From contig OX597819.1 in NCBI GenBank assembly GCA_951406725.2, forward strand, positions 26,722,001 through 26,786,000: a stretch of DNA of 64,000 nt, read 5' to 3'. Position numbers and translations under genes: made by a program. Shown here one piece after another: positions 28,733-43,682 of the stretch; the first letter of the stretch is position 1; every line of letters starts with the position of its first letter. The notes beneath the pieces are model-generated. The model made no database searches. It saw nothing but the letters and a program-made list of their open reading frames with translations, and was not told where the DNA came from. Origin of the DNA: Octopus vulgaris (taxonomy: Eukaryota).

Positions 28733-29149
28733 GGCGCAGGTGTGGCTGTGTGTTAAGTAGCTTGTTTACTAACCACATGGTTCCGGGTTCAGTCCCACAG
28801 CGTGGCACCTTGGGCAAGTGTCTTCTACTATAGCCTCGGGCCGACCAAAGCCTTGTGAGTGGATTTGGTAGACGGAAGCTGAAAGAAGCCCGTCGTATAT
28901 ATATATATATATATGTGCGTGTGTGTGTTTGCGTGTCTGTGTTTGTCCCTCTAGCATTGCTTGACAACCGATGCTGGTGTGTTTAAGTCCTCGTTACTTA
29001 GCGGTTCGGCAAAAGAGAGCGATAGAATAAGTACTGGGCTTACAAAAGAATAAGTCCCGGGGTCGAGTTGCTCGATTAAAGGCGGTGCTCCAGCATGGCC
29101 GCAGTCAAATGACTGAAACACGTAAAAGAGTAAAAGAGTAAAAGAGTAA
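28733..29149 (+). mobile_element. SINE family A, full length
   Basis: Complete head, body and tail; ends (GTAAAAGA)3. Confidence 0.93.
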
Positions 29150-29341
29150 TATGTATATATGTATATATATGTGTGTGTATATATATGTACATATATATAT
29201 ATATACATATATATGTACATATATATGTATATATATATGTACATACATATATATACATATATATTTATATATATGTGTATATATGTATATATATGTGTGT
29301 GTATTTATATATTTATATATAAATATGTATGTATATATTTA

Positions 29342-29388
<47 letters not shown>

Positions 29389-29459
29389 GTATATGTATAA
29401 ATATATATATATGTGTGTGTGTGTATACATGTAGCTGTATACGTATGTGTGTGTGTATA

Positions 29460-29870
29460 CGAGGGGTACCCAAAAGTAACGGCGTCGTGTGTTGCCACCA
29501 TACTGACACGAAATGCTTCTTTGTTTTGCAGTGTATCTCCCCTGTTCGTCAATGTTTGCCGTAGCTGAAACGAAGGACAGCGTGCTTCCGTTAAATTCTG
29601 GTTTCTATAGAGGGGTGGGAGACGGCGGTTGAAATAGTTGTCATGCTTCAAACAGCTTACTAGGACTCTATCATGAGGAAAACATAAATTTACGAGTGGT
29701 TTCCTTGCCTTAGGATTGGTCACATTTCGCTTGAACATCAACCTCGTCCTGGACGACCGCCGATCTCGCGAACGAATGAAAACATCACGAATATATATGA
29801 ACCGATTTTGCAAGACCGTCACCGAACAATTGACGAAATTGTTGATAGGTCTTTTATGTCCAGGCGAAAT
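29460..29870 (+). mobile_element. mariner relic, 5' TIR + transposase N-terminus
   Basis: TA|CGAGGGGTACCCAAAAGTAAC TIR-like start; disrupted QRASVKF..ETAVEIVVMLQTAY..IYEWF...LEHQPRPGRP...DRHRTIDEI. Confidence 0.8.
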
Positions 29871-30158
29871 ATTTGTATAGATAGATAAGTAATTACAAAA
29901 ATACACATACGTATATATGGCTGGCTGGTTGCTGAAAATATTTATGTACAATGACATATATATATATATATATATATATGCGATTTTGCTTATGTACATT
30001 TAAATAAATATCCTAATACACACACACACATGTTTATATAATACATATGCATCTTCATTTACATGAATCTATACGTGTACATATATTTATGTGTGTTATT
30101 CGTTTATCTATCTAGCCCTCAATCTGTTTATCTATCTATGTATCTCTATCTATGTATC

Positions 30159-30231
<73 letters not shown>

Positions 30232-30307
30232 GTGTGTCCTCGTGTGTCTGTGTTTCTATGCATTGTATAAATTTATATAACTTCAGTATTTGTTTACCTG
30301 CTTGTGG

Positions 30308-30371
<64 letters not shown>

Positions 30372-30585
30372 CTGTCTGTATATAAATATATATATATATT
30401 CACACACATATGCATATATACACACGCACGTACATAGATAGATGGACAGATAGATAGATAGAGAGAGATAGAGATAAATCGGTGGATAGATGGATACATA
30501 GACGTGTGTATGCATATATGTGTACGCACAGGTATTAGCTCAAGTATATATGTTTGTATATGCATATACATATGTATATATATAT

Positions 30586-30636
<51 letters not shown>

Positions 30637-31261
30637 AGTGTATATATATGCGTATGTATATGCATATATGTATATGTATATGTGTGTGTATATATATACA
30701 TATGTATAGACAATTCAAATATACATATATACACATAAGTATATATATGATGTGCTCGCTGTATGTGACTGAATATTTATAACAGTCTAAGCTCCAATAA
30801 TTTTCTGTTTAAAACTGAACTGACAGTTGTGTATTGAGTTTGATAACAAAATAGAATCCTTTAATAGATTTTGTAGATTGAGCAAGCGAGTGAAATGCAA
30901 AACTGGAGGAAAACAGAAAATATGAGTTGAAATTAGAATGAGATATGGAGAGTGAAAGAGTGAAGCAATAAAATCATTGAAGTAAATAAATATAATATTG
31001 AAAATGTGAACAGATACTTTTTGAAATTACGTTTAAAAAATGGTGGCTAGCTTTTGTCGCATGTGCGCGCGCGATTGTGTGTGTAATGTCTGATTTTATT
31101 AGTTCATGTGACTACAATATTTCGCTTGCGTCTTGGTATTCTAGAAATACTGCATATATTATTGCCATTAGCATATAAGAAATGGATGATGCTTTAACCT
31201 GAAAACCTATATATAATTATCTTTTTTACGCAGCAAATTTTGCTTTGTCTTTATATATCTT

Positions 31262-31425
31262 TTCCTTCTGTCAGCTATTGGACAGTAGTCCCACTGGGTT
31301 TCTGTTTGGAAGGGTTTAGTCGAGCAAATCGACCCCAGTACTTATTTTTGAAACCTGGTATTTATTCTATCAGTCTCTTTTAAGGCACCCTCAAGTTATA
31401 TGCACGTAAATAAATCAATGTCTGC
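31262..31425 (-). mobile_element. SINE family A 3' half, diverged
   Basis: TTTAGTCGAGCAAATCGACCCCAGTACTTATT matches the family A body. Confidence 0.65.
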
Positions 31426-32959
31426 TCTCTAATGTTATTGATGAGGCAAAAGGTCTTTTGTTTTCCAGGGAGTTCATTATATTTTCCTTAAAATATATAA
31501 TAATGAGATATCTAATTATAAATGTATGTGGATTTTCGAAGTTATTGTACAGCTAATAATGATAGTCAGATGAATATACTAGTCAAAAACGATTGCTGAC
31601 TGTCGTTTTGTTAGTTTAACTAAAGACTAGGTGTCTAACAGCATAAGCTGTTACACGCCTAGTCTCTAGTTCCTGTTTCCTATCTTGAATGCGCTGACCA
31701 ATCAACATATGCATGTCACGATTGTCCAAATTTTTTTGTACCCAGACATTATGACAACAGGGCATTATCAAGTGTGCCTTTAATTTGTAAATGGGTAGGA
31801 TGTGATTTCAATCTTATTTAGTTTCCATTTCTAGTAAGCCAAACCAACTCGCAAAAACATCCACGTTGATTCGTCTGTCTAGATGCTATCGTTTAGTACA
31901 CGATTATCCATGATCATACAGATCTACACTCAAAGTCCTTCCATCTGTGACCATCCAATTATATTGTATATGTAGGGCAACAATATAAAATGCATCCTTC
32001 CTATCCAAAGACTATCTGGCTTTATATTTGCAAAATACAGCAAAAGCTATGTACTACAGCGATTCCCCACCTGTCTCTAGCCTGCTATTCGTGTGTATAC
32101 ATTTACTGCTTACGCCGCACAGGTTGCACTTTTACCATTTCCATTATGACTAGAGATTATGGCTACCATGATAAAACGTAGAGGAAAGAATCATAAGAAT
32201 TTAAGCCTGGTTCCATAAAATACTAAGCCGAAAATGCTGATGATGATTTGAGTATTAAAGTGATTGATGGTAGGATGAGAAGCATAAGGATTATTTATTA
32301 CTTACGATACTGTCTAAATTTATATTCAACATGAAATAGATCATATTTTACATATGTTAGAAATATACAACAGCTATCATATCAAATTATCTAGAAAGTA
32401 TCCTCGTGCTTGATTCATCTCAAAGAAAACGCAGCTAAATCTCAGTCAAATCACATCTAAGTTTTAAAAATAGGAAGACCATATCGTTTATTGTGGCACT
32501 AAGAAAAAACAAGGAAGGTATGATTGCAGTGATTAGAAGCCTTTTCAGGGAAAATCTTTGTCTTATCATATTTAACAGCAAGTTCAACAGCATTACTCTC
32601 CAAAGAAGATTTCTCGCGGTCTTATATACACATACATAACAGAAGTCAATATAACACTTATAATCGTTAATATATATTAATATATATCATTATAATATTT
32701 TGCAAAATATGAGTAGTCTATCTCGTTTACGCTATATTATTAGCATTATCCTGCGTTTGAGAATAAGATTATTTCCTTATATTTATTAATTGTAATAAGG
32801 TAAATATTTAATATTTAGTAGATATGCCCTTTGCATTTTTCAAACGCAAGGACCCTATTAGATGAATATTCTGTTACGGAAATTTCTTGCCAAGTTACAT
32901 GCAGTTATCTCAAAAGATCTGGCTTTGATTATGCTTTCTTGTTCATTTTATGGAGTGCC

Positions 32960-33250
32960 CTATTCATTATGTCGTTCTTCAATAGGGTTCCTATCTGGTT
33001 ACTGGCTTGATTTTGGAAACTTTTTAATGCCATTTCCATCCAACAAATCTTGAGCCATTTTAACCGTGTTACAAAGAGCTCCATCTTCCAAAAATAAAGA
33101 GTTTTCTATAATCGTTTCACCACTGGACATGATTGGAATGAGTTCTCAGTGCCATAAAGGACACATATTTATCTGAGTTTATATTTCCCCACACTCCACC
33201 AGCTCTGATCAACCATTGCTCCAAATTGCTCCCCAGACCATATAATTGGT
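32960..33250 (-). mobile_element. Tc1 (DD34E) transposase relic
   Basis: Minus strand MVWGAIWSNG*...FLEDGALCNT...Q*PDRNPIE; 34 residues between the last D and E; stops and a frameshift. Confidence 0.75.
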
Positions 33251-33676
33251 AAAGAGGACAACAAATTTTAAGGCAAGACAAATATCTCAAGGCATATGCG
33301 TTATTATTATTGGAAAAAATTCAGAGTCTTACAGCTGTTTCTGGGATATCCCAGAGTATGGGATATTCCGTCATCGGTGACAAATAGGGAAAATGAGAGG
33401 GGTATAGACTAATGAAATGACGACATAGAGAACAATGAGGAGGGTATAGATGAAATGACAACATATATATATGTTTGTGTGTGTATGTGTGAATGAAAAT
33501 GCTGAATATGCAGTCCCGAAAATTCTCTGACCATCTAACCATGAATCATTCGGCTTGGTTTTTTAGTTTGAATATTCTCTCAAACATTACGAAGTACATT
33601 CTATTTTACAACTACATATGATTTAATTCTGTGACAAAATATCTACTGCACTATCACACACCCATACATACACACC

Positions 33677-33714
<38 letters not shown>

Positions 33715-33741
33715 GAGAGGGGGTAACCCACAGATCTTTGA

Positions 33742-34130
33742 ATGGAACTGTTTGAAAAAAATCGACACAGAGGGGTGAATCGAGATGAACACTGGTTCCG
33801 GCAAGACAGGGCCACTCGCCACCCATCAAATAACTCCCTAGACTGGCTGGGAGAGCGATTTCAGGAGAGACTCATCAACAGGAAGTGTGACGTTCAGTGG
33901 GCACCGCTTTCACCGGAATTGAAATCCCCAGATTCTTTTTACCTGTTTGGGTATCTCAAGGATAACCTTTACCAGAACAATCCTCGAACGATTCGTGAAC
34001 TGAAGGCAGCAATTACAGTAGAAATCAGGGAAATTCCCAAAGAGGAATGTGTTCTAGTAACTGACAATTTAGCGTGACGTATGCTACTGTTTGCGCGAGG
34101 TATATCATTTGCAGCATATTTTGAAAAGAA
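33742..34130 (+). mobile_element. rosa/DD41D-type Tc1-mariner transposase relic
   Basis: WFRQDRATRH...WAPLSPELKSPDSFYLFGYLKDNLYQNNPRTIRELKAAI; 41 residues between the two D. Confidence 0.82.
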
Positions 34131-34253
34131 CACAACTTTTATGCAAAGGGAATGATCGTACACAGATCGAAGTTTAAATCCAGCAAATTTCTTGAAATTT
34201 TATTCTGGGATTATTCAATCTCAGAACGAGATGTAAACAGTAATCGCTCGACA

Positions 34254-34719
34254 ATGTAAAGTATAAAAGCCATCTCAATATGGCTAACCACAAAGGGGAG
34301 GGGGTGTTACTGTAGCTTTTTAGCCCCAGGAGATCATCGTATCCAGCTGGCTTTAGACACACTTTCTGTGCTCTTTAGGTATTTGCAAAGGGAGGCCATC
34401 CCTTTCTCGTAAGTCAGTTTTTCGAAATCAGTGGCAGACGTCACTAGAAAAACTCTTATATATTTGCAAACAGGCCTTGTCTTTCATCGTGATCTAGTGA
34501 TTACCGCCCGTTGATAAGAGACAATAATCTCGAAACCGGTCCGGTGCGTATCACTCAGGCTTGCGAGAAAGGGATGGCCTCCCTTTGCAAATACCTAAAG
34601 GGCATAGAAAGTGTGTCTAAAGTCAGCTGGAGACGATGATCTCCTGGGGCTAAAAAGCTACAGTAAGACCCCCTCCCCTTTGTGGTTATCCATATTGAGA
34701 TGGCTTTTATACTTTACAT
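34254..34719. repeat. Long inverted repeat (160-bp arms) with an HHR in the spacer
   Basis: 34254-34413 vs 34560-34719, 7 mismatches by my count; arm fragments also at 35005-35062 and 46777-46835. Confidence 0.92.
34505..34548 (+). ncRNA. Minimal type I hammerhead, U3-A8 core variant
   Basis: CCG-UUGAUAA-GAGA(CAAUAA)UCUC-GAAA-CCGG-UC|CGG; palindromic stem III ACCGGU. Confidence 0.65.
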
Positions 34720-34733
34720 ATTCTTTACATATT

Positions 34734-34961
34734 CTAGATAAATTCAAGTGTTCTGATGGTTTCAGAGCGTTTAGAATGCTTTTTATGCCTTGATACTAGT
34801 GATATCTTTCCATCTTCAGTCTCTAACTCCTTGCAAACTTTGTAGATGAACGATCTGGCAACTTTTAAAAATTGAGATATTTCGAAATTGCTATACTCAG
34901 CCTTTATAAGCACAATAACAGCATGCCTCTTCATTTCTTGGGTAAGCTGAGGGTCTGCCAT
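34734..34961 (-). mobile_element. Tc1/mariner-superfamily transposase N-terminal (HTH) fragment
   Basis: MKRHAVIVLIKAEYSNFEISQFLKVARSFIYKVCKEL...RHKKHSKRSETIRT resembles a transposase DNA-binding N-terminus. Confidence 0.6.
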
Positions 34962-35179
34962 TATTCTTTTCTTAAATAAAGATTATATATATATGTGAGG
35001 TATACTAGCCATCTCAATATGGCTAACCACTAAGGATGGGCGTTACTGTAGCTTGTAGCCCACATTATCGTGCAGTTACTGTTTACATCTCGTTCAGAGA
35101 TTTATTATTACAGATTATATATAGTTAGCAAGAAATGTAGCAATGACCCCAAAAATGCATATCCTCAAACACCTTACGC

Positions 35180-35262
<83 letters not shown>

Positions 35263-35270
35263 ATATATGT

Positions 35271-35464
35271 TCTTTTACTTGTTTCAGTCATTTGACTGCG
35301 TCCATGCTGGAGCACATCTTTCAATCGACCCCAGGATTTATTGTTTGTAAGCCTAGTACTTATTTGAACGATCTCTTTTGCTTTGCGAACCGCTAAGGTA
35401 CGGGGACGTAAGCGCACCTACATCGGTTGACAAGAGATGTTGGGAGGACAAACACAGACACACA

Positions 35465-35499
<35 letters not shown>

Positions 35500-35646
35500 G
35501 ACGGGCTTCTTTCAGTTCCTGTTTACCAAATCCACTCACAATGCTTAAGTCGGTCCGAGACTATAGTAGAAGACACTTGTCCAAGGTGCCAAGCAGTCAG
35601 ACTAAACCTGGCTGGTAAACAAGCTACATGCCAAACAGCCACTCCT

Positions 35647-35650
<4 letters not shown>
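35271..35650 (-). mobile_element. SINE family A, near full length
   Basis: Tail, internal TA tract and head all present. Confidence 0.88.
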
Positions 35651-35718
<68 letters not shown>

Positions 35719-36246
35719 ATATATACACACACATACTCTGACACACTAACTTCAAATTTGTAGCTAAACATAAAAATAAACATCTAAAACGTTAAAAGCT
35801 AAAGTGTTCCTCTTCTATCCTCTTGTGTGTACCCGACCTATTCCACAATGTGCTCATTAACATCTAACATAGATGAATTGCCCTCTTAAGCAGTCGTAAA
35901 TTTCTGATCGAACAATATGCCAATTAAAAGCAGAACCATGTTGAAAATACTTCAGAGTTTGATATTACAATAGGAATTTCGTTAGAAAATTAAATTATCC
36001 TTAATTGCTTTAAAATAGAATTCATTCCGTTATATCAGAAAAAATATTGAAACTCACATAAATGGCCTTTTTAAGACATGTGTAGAGAAATGTAGGTGTT
36101 GTTGTGAAATATTTTCATCGAAATATACCATTAAGATATTGATCACTCATAATTTCGGAGTATTATTCACTCTTTCACATAACAGAAAAATTTCGTCGCG
36201 GACACTGCTAGTATCCTATATATCAGAAATATTCAATTTGCATATG

Positions 36247-36402
36247 GGTTTGAAATTTTGTCACAAGATCAACCATTTTGCGGGAGTGGGGGGGTCGATT
36301 ACATCGACGTCAGTATATAACTGGTACTTAGTTTATTGACATTGAAAGTAAAAACAGCAATGTCACACTCGGTAGAATTTGAAGACAAGGACGAACGAAA
36401 TG
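36247..36402 (-). mobile_element. SINE family B, diverged
   Basis: GTCGATTACATCGAC and AACTGGTACTTA motifs. Confidence 0.65.
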
Positions 36403-36522
36403 CACGCACTCACGCACACACAGTTACATGTATACATATTTGTGTGCAACTAATTGTCATATATATAAATATATATATATACATCATCATCATTTAGCGT
36501 CCGTTTTCCATGCTAGCATGGG

Positions 36523-36555
<33 letters not shown>

Positions 36556-36830
36556 GAATATAAACATTGTGTGTATGAGTATATATACATATATAATTAT
36601 ATATATGAGTGTGTGTGTGTGTGTGTGTGTATTTGTGTAATATGCATTTAATTCTATAAGCGTAGATGTTTGCCTAGAAACAATGTTGCCATAGAGATAC
36701 CAGAATTTGTAAAGGAGTAACATTTGGATGAAAATCCTTGTGTTTGGATACAAACGATAATTTTCATCTCAAATCCGCTTTACTTTCTCTCAGAAGTCCT
36801 TAATGTTTCTTTAATCTTTCTCTCTCCCTG

Positions 36831-36875
<45 letters not shown>

Positions 36876-37121
36876 GCACACACAAACCCACACGTATATT
36901 TTCTCTCTCGTCTTCGATTAGGTACTAGTACACAACTAAGTCACGTTTATGTACTCATGCACAAACACATACGTTCACATATAGATGCAGTGTGTGTGCG
37001 TGTTGTTTGTCAGCGCGCGCGTGTCCACAATTAGACGCCATTTCATTGTAAAATTAGAAGATGGTTTGAAATACCATGTATGATAGAAAATATACTTCTT
37101 TTATTGTTTCACATTTGCTTG

Positions 37122-38595
<1,474 letters not shown>

Positions 38596-38665
38596 CTATA
38601 ATTTCATGACAGTTAAGTCTAATTCAATATGCATAAATTTTAAACAGTTTAAATGTACGTAATAT

Positions 38666-38872
38666 TAATTTCAAATTTTGGCACAAGACCAACAATTTCA
38701 GGCGAAGAAATTAAGGGGCTTACATCAACACCAATTTTTAGCTGTTGCATATTTTACCGTTCGTGAAGAATGAAATGCAAAGTTGACCACGGCGGAATTT
38801 GAACTCAGAACGTAAATAGGGACGAAATGCCACCAAGCAATTTGCCCGGCTTGCTAACGAATCTACCAGCTT
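38666..38872 (-). mobile_element. SINE family B, diverged
   Basis: GGCGGAATTTGAACTCAGAACGTAA and alternative tail. Confidence 0.75.
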
Positions 38873-39039
38873 GATGTCTCAAAAGCACAAAATATTATAG
38901 AGCCACGACTATTGATAAGGTAGCAAGACACAACGAAAATTTTAGGAAAATAAAAATAAGAAATAAGGGGAAATTTTTCCGGTGTGTTACATTATAAGGT
39001 ACAAAAAGAAAATGACTCTCCCCAGACACAACAGAATAT

Positions 39040-39444
39040 CATTTCTTTATTGCCCACAAGGGGCTAAACATAGAGGAGACAAACAAAGGGATTAAGTCGA
39101 TTACATCGACCCCAGTGCGTAACCAGTACTTAATTGATCGTCCCCGAAAGGATGAAAGGCAAAGTCGACCTCGGTGGAATTTGAACTCCGAACATAACGG
39201 CAGACGAAATACCTATTTCTTTATTACCCACAAGGGGCCAAACACAGAGGGGACAAACAAGGACAGACATAGGTATTAAGTCGATTGCATCGACCCCAGT
39301 GCGTAACTGGTACTTAATTTATCGTCCCCGAAAGGATGAAAGGCAAAGTCGACCTCGGCGGAACTTGAACTCAGAACGAAGCGGCAGACGAAATACCGCT
39401 TAACATTTCGCTCGGCGTGCTAACGTTTCTGCCAGCTCACCGCC
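39040..39444 (-). mobile_element. SINE family B, head-to-tail dimer
   Basis: Two bodies joined at GACGAAATACC|TATTTCTTTATTACCCAC. Confidence 0.9.
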
Positions 39445-39817
39445 AGAATATGCTTCAACACATGAACTCACATGAAGAATTAAAGAATCTTGCAAACCAA
39501 ATCCAAAAACGAAATATTGTAGACGTGAAATAGTTTAAGTATTTCCTATCTTCTTTTGGTATTTGAAAGCGCGTAATACTTTGTTGAAGATATAACATTT
39601 GAAACAACGGATTTTTATATATTTCAAATTTCCGTCTGTTTCTCGATATGCTTCTTGTTCATCCTTCTTTTGAGCTGCAGGGGACTTTTTTTTTTCTTTT
39701 GTTTCGTTTTGAGGAGCTGACATTATTCTGTATCTGAACATTTCTGCGAAATTTCGTAAAAGATTTCATATGAAACGGTAACGTTGAAGATAAGCACGAA
39801 AACGTCTACACTTATAT

Positions 39818-40222
39818 TCTTTTACTCTTTTATTTGTTTCAGTCATTTGACTGCGGCCATGCTGGAGCACCACCTTTTGTCAAACAAATCGACTCCCAGG
39901 ACTTATTCGTTGTAAGCCTAGTACTTATTCTATTGGCCTCCTTCTGCCGAACCGCTTGTTGACTTGGACGTAAACACACAAACATCGGTTTTCAAGCGAT
40001 GGTGGGTGGGGGGGGAACATAGACCTCAAAGAAAACACACACACACACATATATATATACGGCGGGCTTCTTTCAGTTTCCATCTACTAAATCCATTCAC
40101 AAGGCTTAGATCGGCCCGGGGCTGTAGTGGAAAATATTTGCCCAAGGTGCCACGCAGTAGGACTGAACCCGGAACCATGTGGTTGGTAAGCAAGCTACTT
40201 ACCACACAGCCAGTCCTGCGCC
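39818..40222 (-). mobile_element. SINE family A, full length
   Basis: Complete reverse copy. Confidence 0.9.
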
Positions 40223-40256
40223 TAAAGCCACCCCTGCCCCTATATATTGCTCATAG

Positions 40257-40582
40257 TTTACTTGTTTCAGTCTCCAGACTCCGGCCGTGCTAGTCACCGC
40301 CTTCAAGAATTCTAGTGGAACGAAAGGAGCCCCATAATTAATATTTTCATAATCCTGATACTTAATTATATCGGTCTGTTTTGCTTAATCGTTAAGCCAC
40401 TAGGGCGTAAACACACTGACACCAGTTGTTAGGGACAAACACAATCACAATAACATACACATATACACGAAATGCTTCTTTAGCTTCCCTCTACCAAATC
40501 TACTCACAAGGTGCCACGCCGTGGGACGGAGCCAGGAACCATATGGTTGTGAAGTAGACGTCTTACCAGTGAGGCCTGTGCC
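40257..40582 (-). mobile_element. SINE family A, older copy
   Basis: Diverged tail and head with internal deletion. Confidence 0.72.
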
Positions 40583-40929
40583 TCTCTGTGTGTGCGCGCG
40601 CGTGTGTGTGTGTATGGCTGTGTGTGAAATTTAGGCTAGTTAAAATATGTTTCTGATATTTTTCAAGTTCTAAAAGTAAAGTCACTGCAGTCTCCGTGGT
40701 GAAAATATTCTTTCTTATTGTAAAATATGTAAAAATACCAAATCTGCCTAGTACTTCCCTCTATCTGATTCCCAGATGCGGCGTTTCTAACTCTTTAAAC
40801 GTTATCAATGGGAAATACCGAAGACAGGTAACTCTGAGCAGATTTAAATTCGCAGCTTTGACTAAAATATAATCAACAACATCGATTAATTAGCGTTTTT
40901 GGATCGCCCGGTCGAGATAAATTCTGCAG

Positions 40930-41157
40930 TACCTATTTCTTTACTACCCACAAGGGGCTAAACACAGAGGGGACAAACAAGGACAGACAAACGGATCAAG
41001 TCAATTACACTGACCCCAGTGCATAACTGGTACTTAATTTATCGGCCCCGAAAGAATGAAAGGCAAAGTCGACCTCGGCGGAATTTGAAATCAGAACGTA
41101 ACGGCAGACGAAATACGGCTACGCATTTCGCCCGGCGTGCTAACAATTCTGCCAGCC
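40930..41157 (-). mobile_element. SINE family B, well-conserved monomer
   Basis: Full head-body-tail; tail abuts TACC as in the dimer junctions. Confidence 0.9.
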
Positions 41158-41705
41158 ACCAAACAGTATTTAGGCATTGGTGAACTTAAGGATAGTTAAT
41201 ATATGTTTGTGACATATTTCATCTTCTAAAGGTAAATTCACTACAGGGGAGAAATGCAAGTTTTATTTATATTTTCAGTTATATTAAAAACAACTTTACA
41301 TTGATCTGAAAGGTTACTTCATACTTTTGTTGGGTAACAAGTATAGTATTGAATAGCAAAGCCAAGAGTAACTTGACTGCATCACAGTCAGTCGATGGCT
41401 TGGCTGACCGAAACCTCAAAGTGACTGTCAATGCTATTCTTGTCAAAGAATAATTAATATATACGTACACACGTACACTCACACACGTACACATACATAC
41501 ACGCTTACACAAACACACGCACACACAAACATATCAGGTGTAATGCTGACAGTGACATGAACTTTCGGCTTACAAACTGTCATCAGGCGATCTGATGAGG
41601 CTGAGCATTTAGTAAATAAGTTTTCTCCTAAGACGTATTTCTAAAATTTAATAGTGTTCTGCTTTTCTATATAACTTCGCATAAAACACAACTTAAACAT
41701 CTATA

Positions 41706-41945
41706 GACGCAGGCGTTGCTGTGTAGTAAGAAGTCTGATTTGGAAGTACATATTCCACGAATTAGTTTCACGATGTAGAATATTAGGCAAGTTTCTTTTT
41801 CTATAGCCTCGGGCTGAGCAAATCCTTGTGAGCGAATCTGGTCGACGGAAACTGAAAGAAACCCATCGTATCTTTTACTATGGCCCCGGGCTGACCAAGT
41901 CCTTATGAGTGAGGCTGCTCGACGGAAACTGAGAGAAGTCCATCG
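41706..41945 (+). mobile_element. SINE family A 5' half with a duplicated segment
   Basis: Head plus two GACGGAAACTGA(A/G)AGAA segments. Confidence 0.7.
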
Positions 41946-41964
41946 TTTATGTGTGTGTGTATGC

Positions 41965-41997
<33 letters not shown>

Positions 41998-42876
41998 CGT
42001 GTGTGTACGTATGTGTTCATATATATCCGTATACTTGTGTGTCGTAGACCTCCGTCTTTTAGGAAATTGAATTCAGATCAGAGATCCAAAATAACAATAT
42101 AAATAACAATATAAATATAAAATTCAAGAGAAAAAGAACATTGGTGTATGCAAAAGGGATTTTCAATAAAGTGAGATGCTAACCACCAGTCTTCCTTCTG
42201 ACACATAAATAAGAAGAAAGTCATGAAGTCAACTAGCCATGCCTGTTCACACACCATTGAATGGTTATCGTAGAACGGTCATTCTACGCCAAACATTAAT
42301 GGCTGAAAGAGATGCAAGCTTTGATTAGCCGACGATTTGCTATCCTTTTCTAAATCTAAGAACTCTACTCACCTCCAAATATCTAGCCCTGATATTTTTC
42401 ATACATGTAAGCAAAAGAGCAAGTTTCTCTTATTGATAAAAAAAACGCCATCCTCAGTGGATCAAGCTTGAAATCTCATCAAATTTTACCTTCCCTCCAT
42501 TGAATGAATTTTTCACCAACCATTTTTATTCTCATTAAGTGTGTCCCAAAGGGAAGCAACTCTTAATGTTAATCTTTCTCGTTGCACGTTTTCATTTGCC
42601 TTAATTCAGTGTCCTTTTTCAGAGTCTTCTTTTCTGTTTCCTCAAAACCAGCCATGTTGTATATCTGAACATGGAAGATAGCTTGGAAAAACACAGCACA
42701 CAATGCAAGCTTGTCCGACCATTGTGCTTTCACACCATAAATCTAATAGTAGCTCAAAATTAAATCCTGTATACGGCAACTGATATGTATTATTCAATGG
42801 ATAGAGTATTTCTTTTTTGCTTTTGCTGATTCCACCAGTAACGGAAGAGTGCATCATACATACATGCATATATATA

Positions 42877-42919
<43 letters not shown>

Positions 42920-42965
42920 TTATATATGTATACATATATATACATATATATATATATACATATGT

Positions 42966-43003
<38 letters not shown>

Positions 43004-43053
43004 TTATATATGTATACATATATATACATATATATATATATACATATGTATAC

Positions 43054-43097
<44 letters not shown>

Positions 43098-43189
43098 GTA
43101 TACATATATATATACATATATATATATACATATATATATATACATATATATATCTATACATACATATATATATATATACATATATATAT

Positions 43190-43240
<51 letters not shown>

Positions 43241-43259
43241 CATATATATATATATACAC

Positions 43260-43323
<64 letters not shown>

Positions 43324-43446
43324 ATAAGAGTAAATAATTTCTATAAAGGTTTTTAAAAAAAAACACAATTATTTACTGGTAGAATTCGGTATGTAAATAT
43401 AGCCGATTACCGGCAGGAACTTCTGTAAAGTTCAGTATATATATTG

Positions 43447-43624
43447 TATATAAGAAAAAGGGACAGGCAACAGGTTGCTTGACCGCATACCGAAAAAATA
43501 GAAATACCAGTCAAGAATGCTTATTTCTATATATATATATATATTTCTGATAGAAATAAGCATTCTTGACTGCTATTTCTATTTTTTCGGTATGCGGTCA
43601 AGCAACCTGTTGCCTGTCCCTTTT

Positions 43625-43633
<9 letters not shown>
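43447..43633. repeat. Near-perfect hairpin (~84-bp arms)
   Basis: 43447-43530 vs 43550-43633, one mismatch seen; arm shares ACCGCATACCGAA..TAGAAATA with 46931-46958. Confidence 0.9.

Positions 43634-43682
<49 letters not shown>

Noticed and set aside
41540-41610. Two opposed CUGAUGA boxes
   Set aside because: Stem II is broken and no valid cleavage triplet or stem I; probably decayed PLE ribozymes.
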